From an uncultured virus (IMG/VR IMGVR_UViG_3300023184_009405) (Duplodnaviria > Heunggongvirae > Uroviricota > Caudoviricetes): a DNA stretch of 64,000 nucleotides. Position numbers and translations under genes: made by a program. Position 1 is the stretch's first letter; each line of letters opens with the position of its first letter. The notes beneath the pieces are model-generated. The model made no database searches, was not told where the DNA came from, and saw only the letters and a list, made by a program, of their open reading frames with translations. Shown piece by piece: positions 39,170-48,384 of this stretch. The stretch is taken from the IMG/VR virus record IMGVR_UViG_3300023184_009405, one strand, 5' to 3'.

Positions 39170-39812
39170 TTTCATTCTTGAAAAATATTGTAAAGAAAAT
39201 AATTTAAATATTAATAATATTTTTCTACCTAATAAAAAAAATATTTTTTTCTTAAATATTTCAGATGAACATAAGTACAGTTGGAATATCATTGATTTTT
39301 CTTGGTATAAAACAAGTTCACAACCAAGCTATTATATTATAAGCAGAAAATTGCCTAAAAAGGGTGCATTTAAAGATTCTTATGGAGAAAACTTTTATAA
39401 AGATTATCATAAAGAATCATGTTGGAATCAAATAGAATATGATTTAACCTTTTATATTAAGTCTTTAAATGTAGATTACAAGAAAATAATTAAACACAAA
39501 TATGAGGCAAAGATAATTGCTTGGAATTTTTTTTCTTACTGTATGAGTTCTTGGTTTAATTTTATTGATAAAACATTACAAGATAAAATTTCTGATAATT
39601 ATTTTTTTGATTTTTTTCAATTTAAATCTTATGAAAATGAAGTAGATAAACTTTTGATCGGTATTAAAAGAAACCATAAAATACTTTATGATTATTGGGA
39701 AAATTTCTTTGAGAATGATTTATTAGGAAGTTATAGCTATTCATCTTATGATTATTTAAAAAAAATCTTTGAAACTAATTTGATATCTACTAAAATATAT
39801 TATACATATTAA
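39162..39812 (+). CDS. Hypothetical protein
   Basis: 216-aa ORF. Confidence 0.65.
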   Translation: MSNFILEKYCKENNLNINNIFLPNKKNIFFLNISDEHKYSWNIIDFSWYKTSSQPSYYIISRKLPKKGAFKDSYGENFYKDYHKESCWNQIEYDLTFYIKSLNVDYKKIIKHKYEAKIIAWNFFSYCMSSWFNFIDKTLQDKISDNYFFDFFQFKSYENEVDKLLIGIKRNHKILYDYWENFFENDLLGSYSYSSYDYLKKIFETNLISTKIYYTY

Positions 39813-39839
39813 TTTTTAAAATTAAAAGGGAATATTAAA

Positions 39840-40103
39840 ATGAGGAAAGAAATTGAAGAATATTGTCGTGAGATTGGAGCTAATACCTTATTTGCAGAAG
39901 GATTTGATGATGCAATCATAGGATTGGTAAGATGTTTGAATTCTTATAAAGTACTATATGACACTGATAAGATAATTTCAATGTTAAGAGAAAAAACTAA
40001 TTCAACTAAAAAGCAAGCAAGAGAATATTTTTTAATAAATATTGCAGGATCTAATCTTGGTGAAGAAACTCCTGTTTTTCTTGAAAATATTAAAGATGTT
40101 TAA
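39840..40103 (+). CDS. Small phage-type hypothetical protein
   Basis: GFDDAIIG...YD..KII...A.EYF..NI.G..LGE.TPVF pattern, recognised by eye as phage-like. Confidence 0.7.
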   Translation: MRKEIEEYCREIGANTLFAEGFDDAIIGLVRCLNSYKVLYDTDKIISMLREKTNSTKKQAREYFLINIAGSNLGEETPVFLENIKDV

Positions 40104-40186
40104 TGTTAATATGCTTTAGAAATATGCTTTAGATTAAAAAAATATGTAAATGTAAAAATTGTAACGATTGCTTAATATATAATTTT

Positions 40187-40564
40187 ATGAGCAATGAAAA
40201 TATTTTAACATCGACATCGCCAGTTCCAAACATATTACCAAATCTTATTGATGCTGGTGCAACACCTACATCACCAATCCCAAATCCTATTGATGCTAGT
40301 GCAACTACTCAAAATTCAGAAAATAATATATTTAAATTTATTAATAATTTATTTTTCTTTTTGCTTTCTAGATTTTTCGTATTATGCTTCGGAATATTTA
40401 TTGGCATAGGTATTGTTGTTAAGTTTTCTCCACAAGTAAAAAGTTTAAATCAACAAATTAAAATATTGAATAAAGAAAATGCTGAATTGAAAAGTAGGCT
40501 TGATAAAAGTTCTTCTAATGTAAATTGGGGAAGTATAAAAGATTCATTTATTTTTAAAAATTAG
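40187..40564 (+). CDS. Membrane protein with TSP.PN repeats and a coiled coil
   Basis: TSPVPN..IDA / TSPIPN.IDA; transmembrane helix. Confidence 0.65.
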   Translation: MSNENILTSTSPVPNILPNLIDAGATPTSPIPNPIDASATTQNSENNIFKFINNLFFFLLSRFFVLCFGIFIGIGIVVKFSPQVKSLNQQIKILNKENAELKSRLDKSSSNVNWGSIKDSFIFKN

Positions 40565-40674
40565 AATTTTTCTATTGCAATTAAATTTTTATTCATTAAA
40601 GTCTTTTTGTATAAGTGTATGCAAGCTGTATTTGCATACAAGCTTTATTTGTATATTTTAAAAAGGATTTTTTC

Positions 40675-40920
40675 ATGGATGAAGCAGAAGTCATTGCAAA
40701 AAAAGATTTTTTTAAACCTACATTGAACAAGACAAAAAAAGAATTTAAAGTTAAGTGTCTTGGATGGTGCGATAAAGAATTTATGTCTGAAAGTAAATTC
40801 ATAAGGTTTTGTGAAAGATGCAAAGCTAAAAAAACGAAAATATCTGAAGATAATTGTCGGTTAGATATTAAAAGTACTCCCAGTGGAATGTTTGTTGAAA
40901 AAGAAGGTTTTAATTTTTAA
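40675..40920 (+). CDS. Small zinc-binding protein
   Basis: KCLGWC..EF.S....RFCERC; ATG after AAGGA. Confidence 0.65.
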   Translation: MDEAEVIAKKDFFKPTLNKTKKEFKVKCLGWCDKEFMSESKFIRFCERCKAKKTKISEDNCRLDIKSTPSGMFVEKEGFNF

Positions 40921-40929
40921 TTAAGGAGA

Positions 40930-41430
40930 TTGACAATGTCAAGGAAGATTATTTCAAATATTAGTGAGTCTTTAGAATATCTCTTGTATCAAGATATTTT
41001 GATTTCATTTGAAGATATTTATATTGATAAAGAAGATTTACTTTTTTGTCTTGATTTTTTAGATCATGATGACAATGAGGATAATTACTATTATTCTTTT
41101 GAAGAATTGTTTAATGAATTAAAACAAAAAATACCTTGTTTGAAAGAATGTAATTTCAAACAACAAGATTGTTTTGATTATTGTTCTGAACAAGTTAAAA
41201 AAAGCTTGCGTCAATTAATTGATCTTGGATTCAAGATTGAATCAAAGATAGCTTTATCTTTGGAAAAATCATTATCAGGAGATTATATTGTTGAATTTAT
41301 TGGATATGATTTCTTGCCAGATGAAAAAAAGGGAATAACAGTTAAGAATTATGAAAATTTAACATCTGCATGTGAAAAGTTTGAAAAAATACATAATTCT
41401 TTTTTGCTTAGCATTAAACAAAAGGTATAA
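40930..41430 (+). CDS. Hypothetical protein
   Basis: 166-aa ORF, AAGGAG RBS. Confidence 0.7.
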   Translation: MTMSRKIISNISESLEYLLYQDILISFEDIYIDKEDLLFCLDFLDHDDNEDNYYYSFEELFNELKQKIPCLKECNFKQQDCFDYCSEQVKKSLRQLIDLGFKIESKIALSLEKSLSGDYIVEFIGYDFLPDEKKGITVKNYENLTSACEKFEKIHNSFLLSIKQKV

Positions 41431-41436
41431 TTAATA

Positions 41437-41682
41437 ATGGATGAAAAAGAAAAACAAAGAAGAGATTCATTAAGGCACATTCAAGCTTGTGATCAAGCTG
41501 GTGCCTTAATGGTTCAAATTGCACTTGTTATGTCTTCTTATTTCAAGGCTTTGCTTGAAAATGGATTAACCAGAGAAGAAGCTTTGACACTTACTAACTC
41601 CTATCAAAATATATTTTTATCTCATAGTTTAAATCAAAAATTTATTCCGCCAAATGATGATTTTAAAAATGAAGAGTACTAA
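41437..41682 (+). CDS. Hypothetical protein
   Basis: 81-aa ORF (YFKALLENGLTREEAL). Confidence 0.65.
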   Translation: MDEKEKQRRDSLRHIQACDQAGALMVQIALVMSSYFKALLENGLTREEALTLTNSYQNIFLSHSLNQKFIPPNDDFKNEEY

Positions 41683-41692
41683 TACATAATTT

Positions 41693-42328
41693 ATGTACGC
41701 AGAAAAGCTTTATTTACCAGTATTAGTTTTAAATAAAAATTGGAATCCAATTGGAACAACTCCACTTCACAGAGCAATTAATTTATTAATTTCATGTAAT
41801 AAAAATAAAATAAAAAAAGCCGAAGTAATTGATGCTTATTCTGTTCCTTTTACTTGGGAAGAATGGTCTAAAGCAAAGCCTTGTAGTGAAAGAAAAACTA
41901 TTCATTCTGTTTCAGGTTCTTTTAGAATACCAGAGATTATAAAACTAAATGATTATGAGAAATTGAAAATATTTAAAGTTGTTTTTTCCAGAGCAAATTT
42001 ATTTAAAAGAGATCAGTATAAGTGTCAATATTGTGGCGAGAAACCTGGCACTGAAGAATTATCAATAGATCATATAATTCCAAAATTTCTTGGAGGCAAA
42101 ACAACATGGGAAAACTGTGTTATATGCTGTGTTTCTTGTAATACTTTAAAATCTAATAAGCTAATGCAAAATGTTATAAATGATAAGTTTCCTAGTGGAA
42201 TGAAACTTATGAAGAAGCCTAAAATGCCAAATCATAATGATATAAAATTTAAAGTAAAATATAAATCTTGGCTACAATGGATTAATACTTCTTATTGGAA
42301 TATTGAACTAGAAAATGATTTAGATTAA
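41693..42328 (+). CDS. HNH endonuclease (McrA-like)
   Basis: VLVLN..W.PI, FSRANLFKRD.Y.CQYCG, SIDHIIP...GG.TTWEN.V..C..CN..K. Confidence 0.92.
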   Translation: MYAEKLYLPVLVLNKNWNPIGTTPLHRAINLLISCNKNKIKKAEVIDAYSVPFTWEEWSKAKPCSERKTIHSVSGSFRIPEIIKLNDYEKLKIFKVVFSRANLFKRDQYKCQYCGEKPGTEELSIDHIIPKFLGGKTTWENCVICCVSCNTLKSNKLMQNVINDKFPSGMKLMKKPKMPNHNDIKFKVKYKSWLQWINTSYWNIELENDLD

Positions 42329-42340
42329 CTATATTATTTT

Positions 42341-42532
42341 ATGAATATAGATAGCATTTTAAATGATGATTACTTTAAAATTCAAGATGAATTAAAAGAA
42401 ATTCACATTGAGATAAAAAAACTTAATGAAGAAGCCAAGGCATATTTAAATAATCTTAATAATAAAAAACAAGTTTTGAAAGATCAAGCTGAAAAGTTAT
42501 TAGGGCAAGTTAACTTAAAACATAATCAATAA
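42341..42532 (+). CDS. Small coiled-coil protein
   Basis: 63-aa ORF. Confidence 0.55.
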   Translation: MNIDSILNDDYFKIQDELKEIHIEIKKLNEEAKAYLNNLNNKKQVLKDQAEKLLGQVNLKHNQ

Positions 42533-43361
42533 ATTCAAACCCTATTTCTTCAGGCGTTACAATTTCAATGTTTAAACTATTTTTGATTTTTTCAAATATT
42601 AATTTGTTATCAAAAAAGAAACTTTCTGGTTTGCTTTCTATTACATGTCTTTCATTTATTTTTAAATCTAAACTATAAAATAATCTAAAATATTCGGTTT
42701 CTGTAGTTAATTCTTTGCATGTTCTTTTGCCAGATAAACAACCAACTTTTAATTTTTCTTTATCATCGAAAATTAAATGTGTATATGCTTTGTTTAAATG
42801 TTCATAGTTATGATCATGGTATCTAGAACTAAATGGATGTGTCCTTATGTAAATGGGACCATTACTTTTTCTTAAATTTTTAATTATAGTCATTATTTTT
42901 TCAGGATGTTGATTGCAATGTTCTATAAAATCATAGCATATAATGACATCGTAAGATCCATGCTTTAATACATCATCAAAATTACTTGTAAGAATTAATT
43001 TTGATTCTTCTGTTTCATTTGTTTTAAATATATTGTTTTTGTTTTCTGAATAGCAAACCGCTTTGTTAGCTTTTTTATCTAACATATAGGCAAAAAATAA
43101 TTCAGCTTCTGCTCCTAGAAATAATACATCCAACCTTTCTAAGTTTATTAAATTAGCAGTGAATTTATAAAAGCATTCTTGGAAATCATAAGTTTCTTTG
43201 TTTGGAATAGATTCAGGCCACACATCAGACTTTAATATTTGTCTTAGTGAACTAAAATCTTTTAAATTAAAATTCAATATACTTTTTTTTGTTTTTAACA
43301 AATCTATAATTTCATATAGTGAAGAAATTAAATTATCTGTTTTTTCATCTTCTCTATTCAT
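42510..43361 (-). CDS. Class I SAM-dependent methyltransferase-like protein
   Basis: VLFLGA, YDVIICYDFIEH, L...G.IYIR.HP. Confidence 0.65.
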   Translation of the reverse strand: MNREDEKTDNLISSLYEIIDLLKTKKSILNFNLKDFSSLRQILKSDVWPESIPNKETYDFQECFYKFTANLINLERLDVLFLGAEAELFFAYMLDKKANKAVCYSENKNNIFKTNETEESKLILTSNFDDVLKHGSYDVIICYDFIEHCNQHPEKIMTIIKNLRKSNGPIYIRTHPFSSRYHDHNYEHLNKAYTHLIFDDKEKLKVGCLSGKRTCKELTTETEYFRLFYSLDLKINERHVIESKPESFFFDNKLIFEKIKNSLNIEIVTPEEIGFEFIDYVLS

Positions 43362-43376
43362 TTTACAAAGGACTTT

Positions 43377-43826
43377 ATGTTAAATTATTGGTTGCCAAAA
43401 GCAGAGACTTCAGATGACTTACATTCACTTGTTTTAAACAAAGAACCCGTTTTAACTTTGAACTTTTGCTATGTGCCACTAATGCCTCTGTATTATAATA
43501 GTCAGGCAAATAAAAAGTTTTGGATTAAAAACTTGTATAGAAAACTTGATTATTTAAAAAATGATTTAGTTAATTTTCATGGTGTTGTGAAAAATGAATT
43601 TTTTTTTGGTGATCTTGATTTTGTTTGTAATAAATTTGAATCTTCAAATTTTTTCAATGAGAATGATTTGCTTTTAGTTAGGAATCTTTTAATGATACAT
43701 GCTAAAGAAATAACTTTTGATTATTTTGTAATTCTAAGTAATAAAAAAATTAATTTAAATCATATTAATTTTTTAAAAATAAAGAATGTTATGGAGCTTT
43801 CTTATGATGAATTTAATAATAATTAA
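43377..43826 (+). CDS. Hypothetical protein
   Basis: 149-aa ORF. Confidence 0.6.
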   Translation: MLNYWLPKAETSDDLHSLVLNKEPVLTLNFCYVPLMPLYYNSQANKKFWIKNLYRKLDYLKNDLVNFHGVVKNEFFFGDLDFVCNKFESSNFFNENDLLLVRNLLMIHAKEITFDYFVILSNKKINLNHINFLKIKNVMELSYDEFNNN

Positions 43827-43845
43827 TAATTAACTATTATAATTC

Positions 43846-44625
43846 ATGGAAGAAAACAATGTAAGAATAGCTAGAAATATAAAAGAACAATTTTTAAATT
43901 ATCAAAATAAAATTGATATTATTATTCCTTATTACAATGAACAAGGATCATTAGTTCAGTTAGTCGAAAGCATAATTAAATTCACAAGGAATATTGAATA
44001 TACCATTTACTTAGTAAATGATGGCTGCAATTCTACTGACATTAAGTTCTTCTTTGATAAATATAATAAACACATAAAAATTTTGGATCTCCCTAAAAAT
44101 TCTGGATTTGGTGCAGCTGTAAACTATGGTCTTAGAAATTCTTTTGAAAAATTAAAAGTAGTATTGCATTCTGATTGCCTTGTTGAAAATTCAGTGTGGC
44201 TTTCAAGCCTTTATTCTTCTTATGTTGAATTAAGTAAGCAAGGCTGTGCTTTAGTCACATCAAAAACTAATAATTCTGGAACAAAATTTAATATTTTAGA
44301 AAATTTAAATACTGATAATATTAATGATATTACATTAGATGTTTCTTATGTTCCATTTTATTCTGCAATGTTTTCAATTGATTTAATTGGCAAAATTGGA
44401 TTTATAAAACCATATCCTTATATGGGATATGAAAACGAAGAATTTTGTGCTAGATTGTTAAAAGCTGGTTATAAAATTGGATTAAGCGGTAAGAGTTTCA
44501 TTAAGCATCATGGTGGCAAAACTATTTCAAAGATTTGTTCTAAGAATCCTAATATAAAAAATATAATAAAATCAAATAGGGATTTGTGTAAAAATGATAT
44601 AAAATTACTTTTTGCAAAAAAATAA
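43846..44625 (+). CDS. GT2 family glycosyltransferase
   Basis: IDIIIPYYNE, LVNDG, NSGFGAAVNYG, LHSD, GYE..EFC.R. Confidence 0.85.
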   Translation: MEENNVRIARNIKEQFLNYQNKIDIIIPYYNEQGSLVQLVESIIKFTRNIEYTIYLVNDGCNSTDIKFFFDKYNKHIKILDLPKNSGFGAAVNYGLRNSFEKLKVVLHSDCLVENSVWLSSLYSSYVELSKQGCALVTSKTNNSGTKFNILENLNTDNINDITLDVSYVPFYSAMFSIDLIGKIGFIKPYPYMGYENEEFCARLLKAGYKIGLSGKSFIKHHGGKTISKICSKNPNIKNIIKSNRDLCKNDIKLLFAKK

Positions 44626-44655
44626 GCCTCTTAATTTAATCAAGAGGCTTATTTT
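44619..44655. terminator. Bidirectional terminator between convergent genes
   Basis: AAAATAAGCCTCTT...AAGAGGCTTATTTT. Confidence 0.8.
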
Positions 44656-44666
44656 ATTATTTTAAA

Positions 44667-44831
44667 TTATGCATAAAGCCCAAGTTGACACATAGTTACA
44701 GCAGGTAAATATGCACCTTTGTATGGATTACAAAGGTAAGAGTAATACTTAGGACATTGAACATAAAATATCCTTATTTTTATCTGTTTGTAAGTCTGAG
44801 TTAATGAATCATAGCAATTAAATTCTTTCAT
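44667..44831 (-). CDS. 54-aa Cys/Tyr-rich small protein (below ORF-track cutoff)
   Basis: MKEFNCYDSLTQTYKQIKIRIFYVQCPKYYSYLCNPYKGAYLPAVTMCQLGLYA; GAAGGGA RBS, TAAATA upstream, terminator downstream. Confidence 0.7.
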   Translation of the reverse strand: MKEFNCYDSLTQTYKQIKIRIFYVQCPKYYSYLCNPYKGAYLPAVTMCQLGLYA

Positions 44832-44910
44832 AGGTTCCCTTCAAATTAATTTAAAAGACAAATCTTCTAAAAGTATTTATTAATTTGATTTATTTTTTAA
44901 AATTAAAAAC

Positions 44911-44938
44911 TTGCATATTGAATAATACTTTCTATACT
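44911..44938 (+). promoter_or_regulatory. Sigma70-like promoter
   Basis: TTGCAT-16 bp-TATACT. Confidence 0.55.
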
Positions 44939-45020
44939 ATCACTTGTTGGGAGTTTTTAAATGTTTTTTCCAGTTAAATTATAGCATGAAGAGCTATTTT
45001 TTTTAAAAAGGAGTTTGTTT

Positions 45021-46265
45021 ATGTATGAAGTTATTGATCTTAAAAATTTAGAAAATGGCAATGTTTATCTTGTGAATTTCAACGACATTATTGTTGATTA
45101 TCCAAAAGATGAAAAGCAATTATTGAAAATTGAAGAAATTAAATTTTTTAATCCAAGATTCTTAACTGGCACTAAGTCAAACCCTTATGGACTTGGCTTT
45201 GAAAAAGAAAACATGGAAAATCAACGAGAATCTATTATTAATAATGGATTAATAAATCCATTGATCGGAAGGATTGACTCGAATGGGAAGATTCAATTAA
45301 TTGATGGCCACAGAAGAAGAGAAAACATTAATTATTGTAGAAAAAACAACATTGATTGCCTTGACCCAGTTACTAATGAATATGTTGATGCATATTCATT
45401 ATATGAAAAAGTACCTGTGAAAATTTATAAAAATTTAACTGATTATGATGCATTCGCATTGGCTTTTAATGAAGAAAAAACCAAAGTAAAATTTGGACCA
45501 GAAGCTGAAATAAAGTTTTTAATGCTTTGTCAAAGATCGGGAATACCAGAAAAAGAAATTGTTAATTGTTTAGGAAAAAGTGTATCTTGGTACAACTCTG
45601 TGATATTATATTTGAAAAAACTTAAAGATGACAATGTTACTTTGGAATCTTTAATATCTGGCGAGATAAATCAAGTTTCTGCTAAATTATTGGCAGAAAT
45701 TGATGATATTGATGCTAGGCATAAAGTTTTGGAAATATCAAAGGAAAAAACAAAAGATAAGGCAGAAGACAAAAAGAAGAAAATTGATGAAAGCATTAAT
45801 AAGTCTTTAGAGCAAAAAGAAATTCTTCTTGCAAAAAAAGCACATGCAGAATTTTTTGCAGATGATAAAGCTATAGAAGAATCTATAGATGATATTGAAG
45901 AAGTAGAAGATAAGATAGAAGAAAAGCAGGAAAAGAAATCTAAAGTGTCTTCTAAAAAAGTAGGATCTAAAGAAGTAAAAGAAGCCTTGAGAGATTTAAA
46001 TCTTGAAGATAAAATAAATCAAGAATCTAAATTAAATGATGATTCTGATTATGACGATAATTCTGATGATGATGACGATTATGTTAAAGATTTATGGCTA
46101 GATCCATTAAAAGAGTTGCAGTTAAATAATGGCAAAGATGAATCTGGTGAAGTTGCTATAAAAAATCAAGTTTTCATTGATGCTATGATTGATTTAGTTT
46201 CTTGTATTTCAAATAAATCAGGTGACTTGAAAACATTTTTAATGAATTGGTGTGATAAAATTTAA
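45021..46265 (+). CDS. ParB/Srx N-terminal domain protein with acidic coiled-coil tail
   Basis: NPR, SI..NGLINPL, LIDGHRR; HTH-like LGKSVSW. Confidence 0.8.
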   Translation: MYEVIDLKNLENGNVYLVNFNDIIVDYPKDEKQLLKIEEIKFFNPRFLTGTKSNPYGLGFEKENMENQRESIINNGLINPLIGRIDSNGKIQLIDGHRRRENINYCRKNNIDCLDPVTNEYVDAYSLYEKVPVKIYKNLTDYDAFALAFNEEKTKVKFGPEAEIKFLMLCQRSGIPEKEIVNCLGKSVSWYNSVILYLKKLKDDNVTLESLISGEINQVSAKLLAEIDDIDARHKVLEISKEKTKDKAEDKKKKIDESINKSLEQKEILLAKKAHAEFFADDKAIEESIDDIEEVEDKIEEKQEKKSKVSSKKVGSKEVKEALRDLNLEDKINQESKLNDDSDYDDNSDDDDDYVKDLWLDPLKELQLNNGKDESGEVAIKNQVFIDAMIDLVSCISNKSGDLKTFLMNWCDKI

Positions 46266-46278
46266 ATTGTAAAAGTAA

Positions 46279-46318
46279 ATAAGTATATTGCGGAATTTTA
46301 AAACCGCAATATACTTAT
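46279..46318. terminator. Long inverted repeat (terminator or operator)
   Basis: ATAAGTATATTGCGG-10 nt-CCGCAATATACTTAT. Confidence 0.7.
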
Positions 46319-46324
46319 AAAAAT

Positions 46325-46705
46325 ATGATAATAAGCTTTGATTTTGATGGAACATTATGTTGGATTAACAAGAAAAATATTTCTATATTTCGTAGGAATA
46401 TCAAATTATTTAATATTTTAATAAAACATTTAAAAAATAAAGATGAAGTAATTATCGTTACTTTCAGAAATCCTGATAACGAAAACGAAGAATTTAAAAT
46501 AAAAGAAAATAGAGTTCTTATTAATGATTATATAAAAAAATATAATTTAAATATTAATAAAATCATATTTACAAATCACAAGCCTAAGAAGAAATATTTA
46601 TTGGAAAACAAAGTTAATATTCACTATGATGATTGTGTTGATACAATAAAAAGCTTAATAGGTACTAACATTAAAGGCATTTTAGCTGAAAAGAAAATAA
46701 AATGA
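46325..46705 (+). CDS. HAD-superfamily phosphatase-like protein
   Basis: SFDFDGTL, IVT.R, K, HYDD. Confidence 0.8.
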   Translation: MIISFDFDGTLCWINKKNISIFRRNIKLFNILIKHLKNKDEVIIVTFRNPDNENEEFKIKENRVLINDYIKKYNLNINKIIFTNHKPKKKYLLENKVNIHYDDCVDTIKSLIGTNIKGILAEKKIK

Positions 46706-46986
46706 TTATAATATGTCCATATTGTAGCGTTGATTTAAATAGACCACTTAATGATGGAATATCTTATTGTTCTAATTGCAATCATGAAATTACTGCAAAT
46801 ATCAAAACAAAGATTTTATCATTATTTAAATATATTAAAAAATCTAATAATTTAAATATTGATAAAATTAAATTTGAAACTAGAAGTGAAATAGATGAAA
46901 TACTATTTGCTTATTCTTTTGCCATTGATCATAATTATTCTAATGATGAATTTTCAAAGATGCTTAATAAATTCTTTGATAACTAA
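46702..46986 (+). CDS. Zinc-ribbon protein
   Basis: CPYC...CSNC. Confidence 0.65.
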   Translation: MIIICPYCSVDLNRPLNDGISYCSNCNHEITANIKTKILSLFKYIKKSNNLNIDKIKFETRSEIDEILFAYSFAIDHNYSNDEFSKMLNKFFDN

Positions 46987-47150
46987 TTTCCAAGCGTTAA
47001 TTCTTCTCTAAGAATAGTAAATTCAGTACCAGCAGAAATTCCAATTTTTACTTTCTTATTCTCAATTTTAATAATCGTTATTTTAATTTCTTTTTGATCT
47101 GGAGTATTGATGATAATTGATTCTTCGGATTTTCTTGATAAAACTAGCAT
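46983..47150 (-). CDS. csrA: CsrA/RsmA translational regulator
   Basis: MLVLSRK..ESI.I...VKIGI.A....ILREEL; start at ATG 47150 after AGAGGA. Confidence 0.92.
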   Translation of the reverse strand: MLVLSRKSEESIIINTPDQKEIKITIIKIENKKVKIGISAGTEFTILREELTLGN

Positions 47151-47361
47151 AATTTTAATCCTCTTGATTAGTTTTACTATTACAATTATTTTTACTATTA
47201 CAATTATTATTGTAACCTTGATATAAGTATTTAACAAGAATAATTTTAACATAAATTCATATATTTTCTTTCATAAAAAGTTGCCTTTTATTTTTAGAAA
47301 TCTATATTAATACGGTATCAGTCAAAGCTGAATTTCAATAAACTTTTTTTGAGGTGTAATC

Positions 47362-47793
47362 ATGGATCAGATTAGTATCACAGAAAGTGATATTCAAGAC
47401 GCAAAGACATTAGTAGATTTGCATGCTTCAAGGCTTAAAAGTTTACAAGAACTTTATGATATTGAAGAAAAAATTAAGAATCTTGAATCCAATAGATCTG
47501 AATGGGTTAAGATTTGTTCTGGGACAGACGAAAAGATTGTTAAAAAACAAACTGGCAAGCATAAGACTCTTAGTAAAATAATTAATGAGATTTTACTAAG
47601 TCATCCAGATGGAATTTCTTTAGAAGAAATTACTAAACTTTCTTTGGAGCAATCAACTAAAACAAGCAAAAATTTTGTATCAACTTGCAGACAATACATT
47701 TACAACATGAAAAAAGATAGAGTTATTAATAGAGATGAAAAAACATTTAAGTATTTTTTAAATAAAAATGCAAACGATGAAATACAGCAGTAA
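47362..47793 (+). CDS. Coiled-coil plus winged-helix-like DNA-binding protein
   Basis: TL..II.EIL..HPDG..L.EI; GAGG RBS; TTGCCT/TATATT promoter near 47281-47308. Confidence 0.55.
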   Translation: MDQISITESDIQDAKTLVDLHASRLKSLQELYDIEEKIKNLESNRSEWVKICSGTDEKIVKKQTGKHKTLSKIINEILLSHPDGISLEEITKLSLEQSTKTSKNFVSTCRQYIYNMKKDRVINRDEKTFKYFLNKNANDEIQQ

Positions 47794-47849
47794 GTGTTTT
47801 ACTGTTGGTGGTTCTAGAGTGTGTTGGTAATTTTTTAAAGGAGTTTTAT

Positions 47850-48263
47850 ATGTCAGAAAATGCTGTTAGTTCTACTGTTGGCTCTAATGAGCTTATGTCA
47901 ATTTCTGAAGCTACCCGCAAGGTGCTTGGAAAGAATTCTGTTATATCTGTGGCAGATGTAATGCTAGCTGTCAAACAAATTACTGGTAAAGCACCTAGCA
48001 AGGCTTTGGTTTATCAAATTAAGGCTAAGCTTAAAAATGCTGTTAATTCTAAGGCTCCAAAAGCAAAGCTTAAGAAGGTTCAAGTAAAGCATGAGGAAGT
48101 TTTAGTTAAAGAATCTTTAGTATCTAAAGAATCTTTAAAATGGGTTGCTGTAAATCAGGATAATAATCTTGATGTTGCAATAGTCAAAATTTCAAAGATT
48201 CGTGAATACATAAAAGAATTTGGAAGTAAAGAAAACTTAATCGCTTGGGCTAATATTTCTTAG
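47850..48263 (+). CDS. Small basic protein (possible nucleoid-associated)
   Basis: SISEATRKVL...PSKALVYQIK; ATG after AAGGAG. Confidence 0.65.
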   Translation: MSENAVSSTVGSNELMSISEATRKVLGKNSVISVADVMLAVKQITGKAPSKALVYQIKAKLKNAVNSKAPKAKLKKVQVKHEEVLVKESLVSKESLKWVAVNQDNNLDVAIVKISKIREYIKEFGSKENLIAWANIS

Positions 48264-48280
48264 TTATTGTTAGTAATTTT

Positions 48281-48315
48281 AAACCTCGCTTCTTAAAAAG
48301 GAGCGAGGTTTTTTT
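48281..48315 (+). terminator. Intrinsic terminator
   Basis: AAACCTCGCTTC...GGAGCGAGGTTTTTTT. Confidence 0.85.
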
Positions 48316-48384
48316 GTTGATATATTGAAACACTTGTGCTATAAAGATGTAATAGAAAGATACTTTTGAATAATTGAGGTAAAA

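Noticed and set aside
40108..40133. AATATGCTTTAGA direct repeat (two copies)
   Set aside because: Only two short AT-rich copies, with no other instance noticed; too weak to call regulatory.
47151..47252. 34-aa N-terminal extension of CsrA in the track
   Set aside because: It is translated repeat sequence; the canonical MLVLSRK start has its own RBS at 47150.
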